NCBI RefSeq assembly: GCF_000143415.4
Contig: NW_003314266.1
Coordinates: 456,463-520,462 of the forward strand
Length of the DNA stretch: 64,000 nt
Direction of reading: 5' to 3'
Origin: Selaginella moellendorffii
Lineage: Eukaryota > Plantae > Lycopodiophyta
Within the stretch, counting starts at the first letter, position 1, and each line of letters starts with the position of its first letter. The notes below the pieces were generated by a model. The model saw only the letters and a program-made list of their open reading frames with translations, did not search any database and had not been told where the DNA came from. The position numbers and the translations under genes are program-made. Shown piece after piece: positions 22,063 to 36,400 of this stretch.

Positions 22063-23340
22063 CCCAGGTGGCTGGCCTGCACTCCACCTCATTTGGTCGG
22101 GCCACCTGACGCGCCTATGTGATTCACTCCCGCCCGCTCAATCGCTCAACCGCCTTTGCGCTAGCTCTCTTGATCTCTCGCCTGCTGCACTCATGGTGCG
22201 AATAGTAACCTAATCTTGGCAGCTACCCTAACCCTAATCCTGATGGCTACCCTAACCCTAACTAATCTCTCATCCTGGCCATTCATTATGGATAACCTAA
22301 ATCTCAACCATCACAATATCTTTGATCTTATTTTATCTTATCGTTATTATTATATGTAAATTATGCTTCTTTATTTTGTATAGTTTAATGATGATATAAC
22401 TAGCACCTATCAACTTTTCTATTATTAGAGATATGATATTGTATTTTACAAATTATCTAGGAAGGATGCATTCTCATCAATATTTTGTACATATTTTGGA
22501 ACCCTTACAAGAACTTTAAAGAGTATAAATAAGGCACATTAAAATATGTTGTACTATATCCATCTATGAATGGATGAATCCTCATCCAGAAATTTATTTT
22601 GTGTTGTATTAGATCCTAAACAATAGGCACGTGTTTTAAATATCATTGAGCAGTGTTCACAATTATGGATAAAACTTGAGTTATACTACAAATCAAATAT
22701 GTCATTGAAGAATAAGATTTGACAAGATTTATTATCATCTACCACTTAAAATTTGACAACTTGACATATCACACGTGATGACAGTCAAATTGGATCTCTT
22801 GGTTTGATACGCTATAGTAGAATGTCATTACTGGGATCATTATTAACTATCAAACTTCACATGCTGAAAATCCTTCCTTGGATATATGTGTATACATGCA
22901 TCAGACATCATAATAGATGACAGTAATATTAATACTATCACACTTGCACATGTTAAATTTGCTATAGAATTTAAATTCATTTTGTATGTTGTCTTCTTAT
23001 TGCTCTATTTAAATTTCAATTATGTTTCACTATGGATTTTTACAAGTACCATAAAGAGAGAGAACTCCAAAACCTAATGAGAAGGATGAAGAGGCTTCTT
23101 TTCCATTTTCGAGATCACCCACCTCTTTCATTCTCTCAGAGTATTGTTTCTAAAAGTTTTTTATGTCGACATTTTGATTTTCGTCTTAGCTCTATTTCTT
23201 TAGAGGTTGTGATTTGCAACGACACCAGTATAGTTGCATACTTGGAGTTTCTTCTTTTTGGTGTAGGCGAGGGTGGACAACAATGGGATTTACAAAATTC
23301 CAAGTCGAAGGAGATTCGAGTTTTTGGATCTCCAGTTAAA

Positions 23341-26325
23341 ATGCCAAAATGCACTCCAGCCAAAGTGAATGTGAAGCAAGAGTTAGTCGTTATCCTCTCG
23401 TCCTCTTTTAGTTCAAGTGGAGAAGTCATGCTAGTGTCGATGCTGAATTCACCAACTCCAGCTCCAACTTCAGCTCCAACTTTAGCAATATTCAAAGCTA
23501 TTAGCAATGCTTTCCAGTTTTCACGCCTCTCAATTGATGTGCACTTGTTTTTGTATAGGCTTGTGAGTGAGCTTCCATCCTCCTACAACGGCAACATTTT
23601 CTTCGAGCTACCACCTCTTGTCAGCAGCATAGGTTCCGAACAGAAGGGGATGGAAACCAAGTAAAATGTCCACAATTGGTGTAAGATCAAGACTACACAC
23701 TTCCAACATTTTGAAGGCACAATGTCTATAGTTCATTGAAGAAAGCATTTAGATTGTGTGGATGAAGCATGCAATCGAGACCACTATAGAAATTATATAT
23801 TTTCGAAGGGTTTGCAGTCAATCCTCCAGCTTATGACACCATTGCTGTTGGATTCAAGTGTCAATTCTACAAAAATACTCCTTTATGTCGTGCTATCTGC
23901 GAGGCCAAGATGTACTACTTTCTTCCATGGGATGGAGTGGCTGGAAGAGCTACAATGCATGTTGGCATACACATGCATCCAATGCAGGAAGGAATACAAA
24001 GAAGTTCTCTCAACTATTTCAAAGATGTTGTGCAAGAAGAGACTATAAGAAACTCATCTGCAATTCCGAAACATGTTCAGAAGACCGTCCTCAAGGATTT
24101 TATTGCAAACACTTTACTCAATTCAAGTTGTCAAAAGACTCAACTAAATGAGGCTAGCTAGGAAATTATATATTTTTCGAAGGGTCTGCAGTCAATCCTC
24201 CAGCCTGTGACACCATTGCTGTTGGATTCAAGTGTCGATTCTACAAAAATACTCCTTTATGTCATGCTATCTGCAAGGCCAAGATGTACTACTTTCTTCC
24301 ATGGGATGGAGTGTCTGGAAGAGTTGTAGTGCATGTTGGCACACATATGCATCCAATATAGGAAGGAATACAAAGAAGTTCTCTCAATTGTTTCAAAGAT
24401 GCTGTGCAAGAAGAGACTATAAGAAACTCATCTGCAACTCCGAAACATGTTCAGAAGACCGTCCTCAAGGATTTTATTGCAAACACTTTACTCAATTCAA
24501 GTTGTCAAAAGACTCAACTAAATGAGGCTAGCTAGGAAATTATATATTTTTCGAAGGGTCTGTAGTCAATCCTCCAGCCTGTGACACCATTGCTGTTGGA
24601 TTCAAGTGTCGATTCTACAAAAATACTCCTTTATGTCATGCTATCTGCAAGGCCAAGATGTACTACTTTCTTCCATGGGATGGAGTGTCTGGAAGAGTTG
24701 TAGTGCATGTTGGCACACATATGCATCCAATATAGGAAGGAATACAAAGAAGTTCTCTCAATTGTTTCAAAGATGCTGTGCAAGAAGAGACTATAAGAAA
24801 CTCATCTGCAACTCCGAAACATGTTCAGAAGACCGTCCTCAAGGATTTTATTGCAAACACTTTACTCAATTCAAGTTGTCAAAAGACTCAACTAAATGAG
24901 GCTAGCTTGCAAGACTTACTACGAAGAGTACAACTTGCACCTAGCTGGTGGGAAGTTATGATGTTCTAATAGGGACATCACTCTTTTCAGGTTGGTTTCT
25001 ATTTTTTTTCTCATTTTATTACCTCTTAATATTGCTCTTTCCATTAGGATCAACCACTTGAGGACCTCACATACACCCTAACTGTGAATCTCTCCGAAAG
25101 TAAGCACTGGAGTTGGTGTTCCTCTGAGGCAGGGAAAGGGATGATGAGTCTATATGAAGCCTATCTATCAAATTTGATATATGCTATAGAACAATCTTCA
25201 AAAGCGCTAGCATTCGAGGAAAGAAGATACATGGGAATAAGGCCTTCTATTGAGATGTTATATGATAGGATGAAGAGAAAATTAATTCCACCCACCCGAA
25301 AAATGGCAACTACAATTAAGGAAGTGGTCTGTGGCATATCTATGGAGTATATTCCCCGAGCTTCTATTGGTGATATAAAGATTGTTCACTCAAAGCATCG
25401 TTTTTCCTTTGTTGGGGAAGATGTTGGTATGAACCTTGGAGCGAAAAGCTTTCACAAGCCTGATGTCAAGTACCATTCTGCTCCAACACACCACTCTCAG
25501 ACCGAGCCACCTCAAGTGGCTGATGAAGAGAGTGCATCGCAACAGGTTAAAATTGCTTACTGTAGTGTGGAGCCGAAGCAATAGGCAATCCGACATGTGC
25601 CAGCAAAATTGAATGTAAAGTGTGTGGGGATGCTTTCGAGGGGCAAGTGTTGGGCCTGGATTCGTGGTGACAAACTTGCTTCTGTTCCAGCCCCATGTTT
25701 CTATGGGGAACAAAAGCAAGTAAGATTTTCGAAATGGTGCTACCTATATTGTTGCAACACCAACGCTAACCATATGAAGCGGCTTGAAGACACTATAGTG
25801 ACTAAACTTGATACAGTACCTAAAGAATGGCTAGTTGCTAATGGGGTCATGCTCACCTCGGATGAGATTGAAAACCTTGAGAAATCTGGTTTCAATCTTG
25901 AGAAGAGAGTTGGAGACATAAGTGATAGAACCAGGACTATTCCTACAGAGATGCACATGAGGCTAGCACGAAAACGTAAGGTAGTTAAATTTATTGGTAC
26001 CGTCTCCAAGCAAAAACATAGTAAAATAAACTTGGCTCAAACACTTGAGTGTGAGATTCTCTCCACGAAGTACATCACTGCACTTGCAAAGGAGTACATA
26101 GTCAAAACAGAGGGTGGAGAGTACACAATTGCCATTCACAACTTTTCTTTTTGCATGTGTCCAGACTTTACAAAGTGCGAGGAACATAGGAAGGTATATA
26201 CTCCTTGCAAGCATATGTACTACATCTTCATCAACATTTTGCACCAGGATCCTAAAGTGGATATTCATATACACCAAGCAAGCCTTACTATTGCTGAGTT
26301 GGAGAAAACTTTTGGAGCTAACTAG
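23341..26325 (+). pseudogene. Degenerate SWIM-finger (MULE-like) transposase-related gene
   Basis: C-terminal SWIM motif CMCPDF...PCKH and N-terminal Cys/His remnants (HNWCKIKTT, HLDCVDEAC). Stops, frameshifts and an internal triplication. Confidence 0.55.
23789..24908 (+). repeat. 374-bp tandem triplication
   Basis: ORF starts at 23858, 24232 and 24606 are spaced 374 bp apart. Units 2 and 3 are nearly identical. Confidence 0.92.
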
Positions 26326-27935
26326 ATTTCTCCAACACTATTGATGTTTATTCTCTATCAATAAAACTTATTATACTTTATATAATTAATAAAAAAGTGC
26401 TTTTTTATTTCACTTTTCATTTTATATGCTTCTGAGTGTTCTTTTTGCAATACTGCCCATAGTACTCATGTGTCTCCATTTCTATCTTTACCATCTCAAA
26501 AAAAAATTTATGGTAGTTTTTCCAGTGTGTGATGTTGTAGTGTGTCACAAGAGCATATATACCATCATACTGACCATTGCCATTGTTTCCACCAGATGCT
26601 AAAAAACATATGGGGCATTTCTTGAATGTGGTAGAATTGCACTTTTCTAAAACAAATAAAAAGGCATTCTTTTTCACCCAATTTGTTACACCCTTTGTCA
26701 TTGCATTTATCTCCAACTCATGATCACTATCCTTGCTATCCTCTCTTTCATTCTTTTATGTGGTTTGGTTATACTATGCAATGGGATAGTTATTGCATCT
26801 TCTAGCCTTTGAACCCTAGGAAGAAAGATTGTAAGAGTTAAAATTACTAACACTAAAACCTAGATATTTATGTGTATTTCCCTTTTTTCGAATGAGAGTG
26901 TGAATGAAGATTTCTAAATTCTAGACAATATGCTATAACAAACCCCTCAAGAATGTATTTTAGAACAAAACCAAGTCTTTCTTTTATATGCAATAAGTTT
27001 ACATTAACAATTTTTTTTTTCCTTTGAAACAGTTATATAGCTTTACATAGAATCTTATTTCAAATTTAATAATTTTTTAGTTTTGACAAGCCTGACATTT
27101 ACTAGCCAAAAAGCATAGAGTACAAATTTAAAGAAGTGATAAGAATGCTCTTTTTGCAAACATTTTATTTTATATTCTAACAAACGTCCCTATCATTACA
27201 TGTGGTAAATATTTAAATTATTAGAACAAGAAGTGTCCTTTAGAACTTTTTTATCTATATAATATATAGAGAGTTATGAAATTATTAGGTTCGCCATAAC
27301 CTTAAAATTTTAAAGTTTATAATTTTTGTACTAAATTATAATTGAAAATTGAGCTCAATTCGTGAGCTCAACTCTTCAGCTTGTGAGCTTAAGTATGGTC
27401 TGTGCTCTAAATTGTGAATTTGGACACGAGATGAACACCATTGTGTTTAGGATCATCTCTACATTCCGTAAATATGCCAAATTAACAAATCTAGACACTT
27501 TCCATAGATAGCAATTAAAATTGAACAATACTAACACAAGGTGTATGATAGTGAAGGTGTTTAGCATACACAATAAGCTATCATTTGACAATGTTAAAGG
27601 ACTAATCTCAATATGTGAGGGTTCTTGTCAAGCTAATGCAAGATAAAGCAAAAAAGAACTAAAAGTTAGGTTGAGTATACTCAATAAGAAACACATAGGA
27701 GTTCCTATTTTATATCCATCTGGCTAAGTACAAGTGCTAAGCCCAGTTTACTAACACTTGAATAAAAGGGGCTGATAAAGGGAATGAACAATATCAACTT
27801 CCTACCATCATGGTAGTAAGGAAAGAATATAAAAAAGGACTAGCTGACAGATAACTTTCGATACCCATAGTCACTTTTTTGATAATGGCTATAGATAGGG
27901 ATTTGGTAGGAACTAAAAAAGAGACATTGGGGAAG

Positions 27936-28530
27936 TGTAGTATACCCTATCTCTCTTTTCTTAAGTGAACTGGAAAAGGGGTAATTGCTTGATAAAAGAG
28001 CCCTTAGTGCTTATTTTATCCCTATTTTTCTTCCAAAGTTTCAAGGATTTACAGTGACAATATATCCAAATCTCATCCCATAATCACATGCGCTACCCTC
28101 ACCCCCCCCTTCAGAGATGTCAATGTCCTCATTGACTATTGACTAACAACCCCTTTTTAGCCAAGAAGAATTAAGATCTTCATTTCCGCACTTAATTTAC
28201 CAATCCTTCCATTGTGTAGATCAGCTATTCTATGTAAGGAAACTAGTCATCCACCTGTACCATAGTCCCACAATGGATACCTTCATCCATGGATACTCCA
28301 CACAAGAGGAAGGACATACACATGGATGCTCAATACATATAATTTTAAATTTAGGGGTAGGAATATACCTTGCTCAAGGGTATATTATATTTTTAAATAG
28401 CCACTAACTAATGGGAATTGAACTCGTGCCATTGGCTCTAATACCACATGTAACACACCCTATCTCTTTTCTCTTAAGCCAACTGGAAAAGGGGCAATTA
28501 CTAACCCTTAGTGGCTATTTTATCCCCATT
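27936..28530 (-). mobile_element. TRIM (miniature LTR retrotransposon), 5' LTR truncated
   Basis: ~160-bp LTR at 27936-28097, - strand PPT at ~28098-28111, reverse-complement tRNA-iMet PBS at 28435-28446, second LTR start at 28449. Confidence 0.75.
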
Positions 28531-28679
28531 TATCGATATCAAACCATTGACAAATGTTGGCTAGGTACCAAGGATGGAAAGGGTAATACATGCTGGTTTT
28601 ACTTTGTAAAATATTTTATCATTAGATGAGAACATCGAACTTTATTTATAATGGTGGAGTTGTGAGATATAAAATCTCT

Positions 28680-29378
28680 AGGCCCCAAAGAGGAACCGAA
28701 AGGGTGCCATGTGGTAGTGGTTGAGGTGAAAGCCAAATGAGTGTAACATGTTTGGACTAAAAACTCCGACTTGAAAAGTCGAGAGTGAAAGTGGAACTCC
28801 CAATAAAGGGCTTAAGGAACAAGCTCAAAGCGAGCAATAAGTGAGTCTCTAGAACATGGATACAAGAGGACCAACACATGACATATGGAAATGTCAAGAT
28901 GGACCCGAGATGGAGTCCAAGATAGAGTTTAAGATAGACCCAAGATGGAGTTCAAAATAGAGTCCGAGATGGAGTCCGAAATGGACTTAAGATGGAATCC
29001 GAAATGGAGTCCGAGATGGACCCAAGATGGAGTCCGAGATAGAGTCCGAGATGGAGTTCGAGATGGACCCGAGATGGACCTGAGATGGAGTCTGAGATGG
29101 AGTCCGAAATGGACCCGAGATGGAGTCCGAGATGGAGTCTGAGATGGACCCGAGATGGACCTAAGATGGACTCCATGTTAGGTCCATCTTAGACTCCATC
29201 TCAGACTCCATTTCGGGTCCATCTCAACACTTTCATGTGTCATGTATTGGTCCTCTTGTGTTACTTTTCTAGAGACTCGCTTATTGCTTGCTTCATTCTC
29301 ATTCCTTGAGCACTTCATTGAGAGTTTCACTTTTGCTCTCGACTTTTTAAGTTGGAGCTTTTAGTTTAAACGTGTTAC
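28680..29378. repeat. Fold-back of the satellite-associated repeat
   Basis: ~28742-28895 is the inverted counterpart of ~29227-29378. The satellite switches strand at ~29175. Both arms match 20800-21010. Confidence 0.8.
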
Positions 29379-31330
29379 TAATGAAGAGTATGTCTGCATC
29401 AATCAAAAAATTAAGCATAATAAAGCCACGGTCAACAAATGATCACTAAACGATCCTCCATAAATCTATCTATAGCAGGACGTAACTCACTTTATAATAA
29501 GCACAAGAAGAATCATCAATGATCAATATATTCCAATTCAAAACCAACAAGGATTCAAACATTTCAATATTGATCACTAACTCTTCATCTCGTAAAGCTA
29601 ACATAGTCCATGACTGAATCACTTTTCAAGGAAAAGCCAAAGCTCAACCCTTACTAAATAATCTTGTCTAGATTGCAACTAACTCAAACCTGCCACTCAG
29701 CTCGTTTGAACACTAACATAGTTGCTAACTAGCAAATGCACGAATGCCAATAACACAAAGCTATAGCTAAATCATCAACACTATCTTTATCGAGACTAAT
29801 GAAACTCGACATCAATCTTTCGGAGAGACATTTCATTTCACTCAAATCTCAACATCAATAATGTCAACAACAAAGCATCACTTAAATGCCATCAACACCA
29901 TAACAAAGCTAAAAGAAAGCACGAATGAATCACCACTCAAAACTCCCTAACAACTAAGCTAACTGAAGTCAAAGGTACTTTAGTCAGTATCTAAGACTAA
30001 TCCTTCAACAAAACTCAGTTATAGATAACACTTTATCAAGGAATGAATCACCATATCTAAGACTCAATGAAATCCAACACTATGAACTAAACGCAACCAA
30101 ATGATATCAACAAAGGTAGAATCATTATGTCAACATGGAAAAACCATGCAAGTCTAACAACATGATCCTCCACAACACCATCCTGTAAAGCAAGTCTATC
30201 ACTAACAAATCTTCATCGAGTGAAGCAAGTGTCAATAGTCCTTTACGAAGCCTACAAGTAATCATTAATTCGCAAAACAACTAACAATCACTTTTCAACT
30301 TGCCTTCACAAAACCCAAACACTAAACTCATGCCATTGAGTTATATACTTATCCAACATGAACATAATATCCCAGGCACGAGATAAAGGTTCATGGACAA
30401 GCATAAACTAAATGACTACTCAAATCCAACTCAACCGCAATAAGCTCACTAATGCATTTAGCCAACAGCTTTAAGCATGCCTTGAAGAGGCTAGCTATGC
30501 ATGATCAACACTCAGTCAAAACTAAAGTGAAGACCATGATATGGACTCATATTGGTACACAACCTCTTCATAGATAAAGCTATAATACAAGTACTAACAT
30601 CTCAACCTCAAATAACTAAATTGGACTTCACCATTTTCAGCCAAGGCTCAAAGCCACCAAGACTAAGTCAAGATCAATGAGACCTCACTACTCTCATAGA
30701 GTCTAATGAAATGCAAGGTGCAATTTGCCACCAAGCATAATGTTACAGAAGAAAGGCACAAGGGTCACTTTTCTAGAAAAGCGCAATAGCCACTTTTCTA
30801 CACCAACTCCAGACTTTATCCAACTCAATTGCTTTAGCCCCAAAAGTTAGCATCCCTTTCAGGCCGCATTATACAAATTATCTACTAAGGTTTATGCTAA
30901 CTGAAGTCAACTCTAACCCCTTCACTAGTTTGTATTAGCTTATGAAAACAGAATGGTTTTTGGGCTATTGAAGACTTGAGTTGCAATGCTCAATTCTTTT
31001 CTAGGGAACCTTGCTATTACTCCTTGAGTAGTTTGGTGTTGAATTAATTTTGAGTTTGGTCAGAAAAAGAGTGGCATGAGCTTGTCCGTGTTGTGAACAA
31101 AAGTTAGTGGTGTTGGGAATTATAAGTCTTTATCGGTAGAGTGTGGTATTTATGTTGCATTTTGTCAAATCAAGTTGGCACTTGATGCTCATATAAACCT
31201 TTAAAGTAATGACATGGGTGTTTCTTGTGGTATTACTCAATTGATGATCAAGTCATTGTAATATTTATATCATATCCATGTGATAATGAGCAATGTGTTT
31301 ACGAAGTTGCTTGGTTAAATGTGTAAGGAA
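29379..31330. mobile_element. Highly decayed retroelement-like sequence
   Basis: Strong strand asymmetry, no long ORF, bounded by the satellite-bearing repeat. Family not identifiable. Confidence 0.3.
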
Positions 31331-32551
31331 CCAACTCCCCGAGGTGTCGTAGACTAAAGGATCCCCGAAAGCATGACCGAAATGATAAAGAGTTCATTGA
31401 ATGGGACCGAGTTTGAGATCGAGTCCAAGACCGACTCTGAGATCGAGTTCAAGATAGAGTCCAGGATCAAGTCTGAGGCCGACTTCGAGACTAAGTTCGA
31501 GACCAAGTTTGAGACCGAATTCGAGACAGAGTCCGAGATCCGAGATTGGGTCCGAGACCGAGTCCGAGGTCAAGTCTGAGATTGGGTCCGAGGTCGAGTC
31601 CGAGATCGAGTCCGAGACCGAGTCCGAGACCGAGTCCGAAGATGGGTCCAAGATCGAGTTCGAGATCGAGTCCGAGATCGAGTTCGAGATCGAGTCCAAG
31701 ACCGAATCTAAGTACTAATACAGGTCGAGGGGTGAAAGCCCAAAGCATGTGTCTCCCAGGGGGGAGTCAATGATACTTTGTATTCTTTGAGTATTTTTTG
31801 TAAGTTGTTTAGCATTCTGTTTGTAATCTTTGATGGTTATATGTTATCATTGACTTTTATTGATGATACACTTGCTCTTGAATTTTGTTAGATAGTAAAT
31901 CCTATGTTTTCCAACTATAGTGATCTTAGTGGTTCCTTTACTTTAATACTGGTTTATCGGATGATAACTTACTTGGAATACTTTGTGNNNNNNNNNNNNN
32001 NNNNNNNNNNNNNNNNNNNNNNNNNNNNNNNNNNNNNNNNNNNNNNNNNNNNNNNNNNNNNNNNNNNNNNNNNNNNNNNNNNNNNNNNNNNNNNNNNNNN
32101 NNNNNNNNNNNNNNNNNNNNNNNNNNNNNNNNNNNNNNNNNNNNNNNNNNNNNNNNNNNNNNNNNNNNNNNNNNNNNNNNNNNNNNNNNNNNNNNNNNNN
32201 NNNNNNNNNNNNNNNNNNNNNNNNNNNNNNNNNNNNNNNNNNNNNNNNNNNNNNNNNNNNNNNNNNNNNNNNNNNNNNNNNNNNNNNNNNNNNNNNNNNN
32301 NNNNNNNNNNNNNNNNNNNNNNNNNNNNNNNNNNNNNNNNNNNNNNNNNNNNNNNNNNNNNNNNNNNNNNNNNNNNNNNNNNNNNNNNNNNNNNNNNNNN
32401 NNNNNNNNNNNNNNNNNNNNNNNNNNNNNNNNNNNNNNNNNNNNNNNNNNNNNNNNNNNNNNNNNNNNNNNNNNNNNNNNNNNNNNNNNNNNNNNNNNNN
32501 NNNNNNNNNNNNNNNNNNNNNNNNNNNNNNNNNNNNNNNNNNNNNNNNNNN

Positions 32552-33212
32552 CCCCCAAGTTTCCCTTTAAGCCAACTGAAAAATGGGCAATTGTTTGATG
32601 AGAGAGCCCTTAGTGGCTATTTTAGCCCCATTTATCCCTCAATGTTCAAGGATCCACAGTGACAGTATATTCAAATCTCATCCCATGATCACATGCGCTA
32701 CACTCACCCCCCCTTCAAAGATGTCAATGTCCTCATTGACTATTGACTAACAACCCCTATTGAGCCAAGGGGAATCAACACCTCCATTTCCACACTGAAT
32801 CTACCAATCCTTCCATTGTGTAGATCAGCTATTCCATGTGAGGCAACTAGTCATCCACCCGTACCACATTCCCACGGTGGATACCTTCGTCCATGGATAC
32901 TCGACACAAGAGGAAGGACGTACACATGGATGCCCAATATGTACGATTTTAATTTTAGGGGTAGGAATATACTTTACTCAAAGGTATATTATATTTTAAG
33001 TAACCACTAATCAATGGGAATCAAACCCGTGCCATTTGCTCCGATACCAACTGTAGTGCACCCTATCTCTCTCCCTTTAAGCCAACTGGAAAAGGGGCAA
33101 TTGCTTGATGAGAGAGCCCTTAGTGGCTATTTTATCCCCATTTATCCCCCAAGGTTCCAAGGATCCACGGTGACAGTATATCTAAATCTCATCCATGATC
33201 ACATGTGCTATA
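32552..33212 (-). mobile_element. TRIM, second copy
   Basis: LTR ending at 32702, PPT at 32703-32715, PBS at 33038-33049, LTR at 33052-33212. Internal ~350 bp homologous to 28112-28434. Confidence 0.8.
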
Positions 33213-33426
33213 AACTGTTCCAAGTCGTTCAGTGCTCATGTCCTTTCGCTCCTTAGGCTATATGCTCGAGAGTCGTTCCATGCTCCAGTGCCATCGCTCT
33301 TTGGCTCCATGTTTGGGAGTTTGGCACCGTTCCTTCGTTTAGTGGCCCTAGGCTTTGAAACTTAAGTTCCACACCATTGTCCTTTGAACATATGGTATGT
33401 GTCACATGGCATGTGACATGTGGCAC

Positions 33427-36400
33427 ATGGAGGGTTTAGGTTCTGCTTCGTGATTATCCTATGGTAATTCACCATAAGATAAAGGGTAAAAACCACATGT
33501 GTTACATTTAGTATCAAAGGATGAGTCTCACCGAGTACTATCCAATGAGATTGGGCAATTAATCTTGTTGCATATGCAGAAATGAAAATAGTGATCCGAA
33601 TGGGTACATGTTGGGTGCTAAGACTTTGCAATGGTTCCTTCAGTATGGATTTTGGTTACCTTTCTGTACAATATTACATGAGCTTGCTCTTGGGCTCATA
33701 AGAAGGATTGAGTTGTTCCATATGCACGAGTTTACGCTTAGACTCGTGAGTGAGGCACATTAGCAACTCAAGGTCACGCTTTGAGTTGGCAGGATTAATA
33801 TTAACCCATCGGTGGTTCCATGAGTTGTTCCATGTACCGTGGGTGAAAGTAAACCTCCCCTAGGTTTGCTATGAGTGGCAAATAGGTTGGTCCATAGCTG
33901 TTTAGCACAGCACTAATGGATCCTTCCTAGGCATGATTATGAGTGAACCAACCAAGACTGTAGGGATTAGTCTATTGGTTTGAGTAGTCATTGCCGTGCT
34001 CTCTCATAAACTTTTCTTGGATTGAAATAAAGGTAGTGCAAACACAGGGTTGAGGTTTGGTCAAAGATGAGATCAAAAAGAGAGTCACCAGGGACGAAAG
34101 ATCAATTTGTATGGAGGGTTTAGGTTCTACTTTGTGGTTATCCTATGGTAATTCACTATAAGATAAAGGGTAAAAACCACGTGCACTACATATGGTATCA
34201 GAGCTGGGATAGTGCTATGGAAAGAAAGCCATCCATCCATGAGTTTGATGGAGAAGGGTTTGAGGGATTCAAGATCCATCTTGAATCCTATCTCTTGTTT
34301 CATGGTTTATTGGGGACTGTAGATGGGATAGAGTCATCACCAACTCTAAGCTCTAGTGCTGCTAAGGTGTGTGATTGGAACCTTTGGGATTCCAAGGCTA
34401 AAGGGAGTATTGCGATATGCTTGTCCTTAAATGTTCTCTTTGCTACCCTATCGATTCCAAAGTCCACTACAGCAAAGCTCTAAAAGTGGTTGAGTGACAC
34501 CTACGGCATCAAGAGTGAAATGGATGTCTTCAACATCTATTCACAAATGGAGTCCTTAAGGCTAGAGGAAAATAGCAGTATCCAAACTCACACTGCCAAG
34601 CTCCAAGGCTTTTTCACACAACTTGCAGCTACTAGGGCGAAGCACTGTCTCGCGGATGAGCAGCAAAGGCTGCGGCTCTACAGGTCCTTGCTAGCTAGCT
34701 GGAAGAATGTAGTTGAGAGCTTGCTTCTCCAACCATGGATGACTTGGGCAAATGCCGTGAGGAGTCTTCACAACATTGAGGCCATGTAAAGTGAGAGAGT
34801 AGAAATGCTGCAGCCTATGTATGCTTTGCAAGCTTCTGGTGATGCCAAGGTGGCAAAACCACATGCAGCTGCAAATGCCCAGAAAGGGCAAAATTCCATG
34901 GCATCTAGGCATGCCAAGCCTAGACTTCCCAAGAATCAGTGCGCTCACTGCTTGGAGATGAGCCATTGGCTCAAGATTGCACTGCTCCAAAGCCTGTCAA
35001 GTGACTAGCTATGACAGTGAAAGCCAATCTAATGGAATTGCTATAGCAAATGAGGCTATTGAGGAACTTTATAATGTAGAGGCAATTGCAGCACCAAGCA
35101 AGTGGCTCTTAGACTCTAGTTGTACTAATATTATGGGCAATAAGAAGAGTCTTTTCAAGTGTTATCAGCCGAGCATTGGAAAACATGGTGTTCATTTAAG
35201 TGACAATACCACTTTCCCCATGGAAGGCATCAGGCAATTTTGGCTCTCACTTGATCATTGGCCTTTGATGGTCCCATGCACGTTTTCACCTTGCAATAAA
35301 ACTTAATGTCCGTTGCCAAGATATGTGATCAAAATGTAGTGGTAGTCTTTGATGCAAAGGGAGTCTCTTTGGTTGACTCTAGTGACTTTCACATGTTTGG
35401 TACACAGTTGCTTCGTGGGTCACCCATTGGGGACTTGTATGAGATTACTGTTGCCGACCAAGTTCAAGCCTTTCAAACTGTGGAGGCAGATTCTCATGTG
35501 GAGCTTTGGCATAAGAGACTTGGTTATGTCCATTACCAATCTCTTTAATGGATGAAATCCCAAAATATTGTTACTGGATTGGATTTCCAACATATCCCAT
35601 CTATATTTTGTGAAGCTTGAGTTTTAGGCAAGCATCACCACCAGAATTTCTTGCCGAGCAAGCATTGAGCAATTGGACTTTTGGACTTGATTTTTGCAGC
35701 CCTATGGATGTGCTAAGTCATGATGGTGCAAGCTATTTCATCACATTCATTGATGATTATAGCCGTCGAACATGCATCCACTTCTTGATGCATAAGAATG
35801 ATGCAGTTGCTACCTTTCAAACATACAAAGCCTATGTTGAAAATCTCCTTGGTCGAAAGATAAAAACTCTTTGAGTTGATGGTGGTGGTGAATACCTCAA
35901 CAATGAGCTTCAGGGCATCTGTTGTGATGTAAGCATACGATTGCAAGCCACAGCCCACTACACCCCCGAGCAAAATGGTGTTGCAGAAAGAAAGAATCGC
36001 ACTCTTGTCAATGTTACTCATGCTTTGTTAGCTGATGCACATCTTAACAAAATGTTTTGGCAAGAGGCCATAGCCACAGGAATGCATGTCCAAAATCACC
36101 TTGCCACGGCTGCTTTGGATGGAAAAACCCTTGAGGCATTTTGGACAAGTTCTATTCCTGATGTATCCCACTTTTAAGTCTTCGGTTGTGCAGCATACAC
36201 ACATACCCTTGATCAACTTCGGAAAAAGCTAGATCCCAAAAGTAAAAATTTCATCTTCATGGGATATGCACAGGACGACACTATCGGGAGAAAAGCTTAC
36301 AAGTTGTGGGATCTTGCATCTCACAAGGCTCTTGTAAGCACAGACGTCATGTTCAATGAAGATGACTTTCTCATATTTACAGAGGCTCTTCAAGATCCTT

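Noticed and set aside
31904-32662. ORFs spanning N runs (also 12262-12765)
   Set aside because: Assembly gaps translated as X.
33403-33430. ATGGCATGTGACATGTGGCAC as a copy of the 22-bp palindrome
   Set aside because: Only one arm matches and the spacing is wrong.
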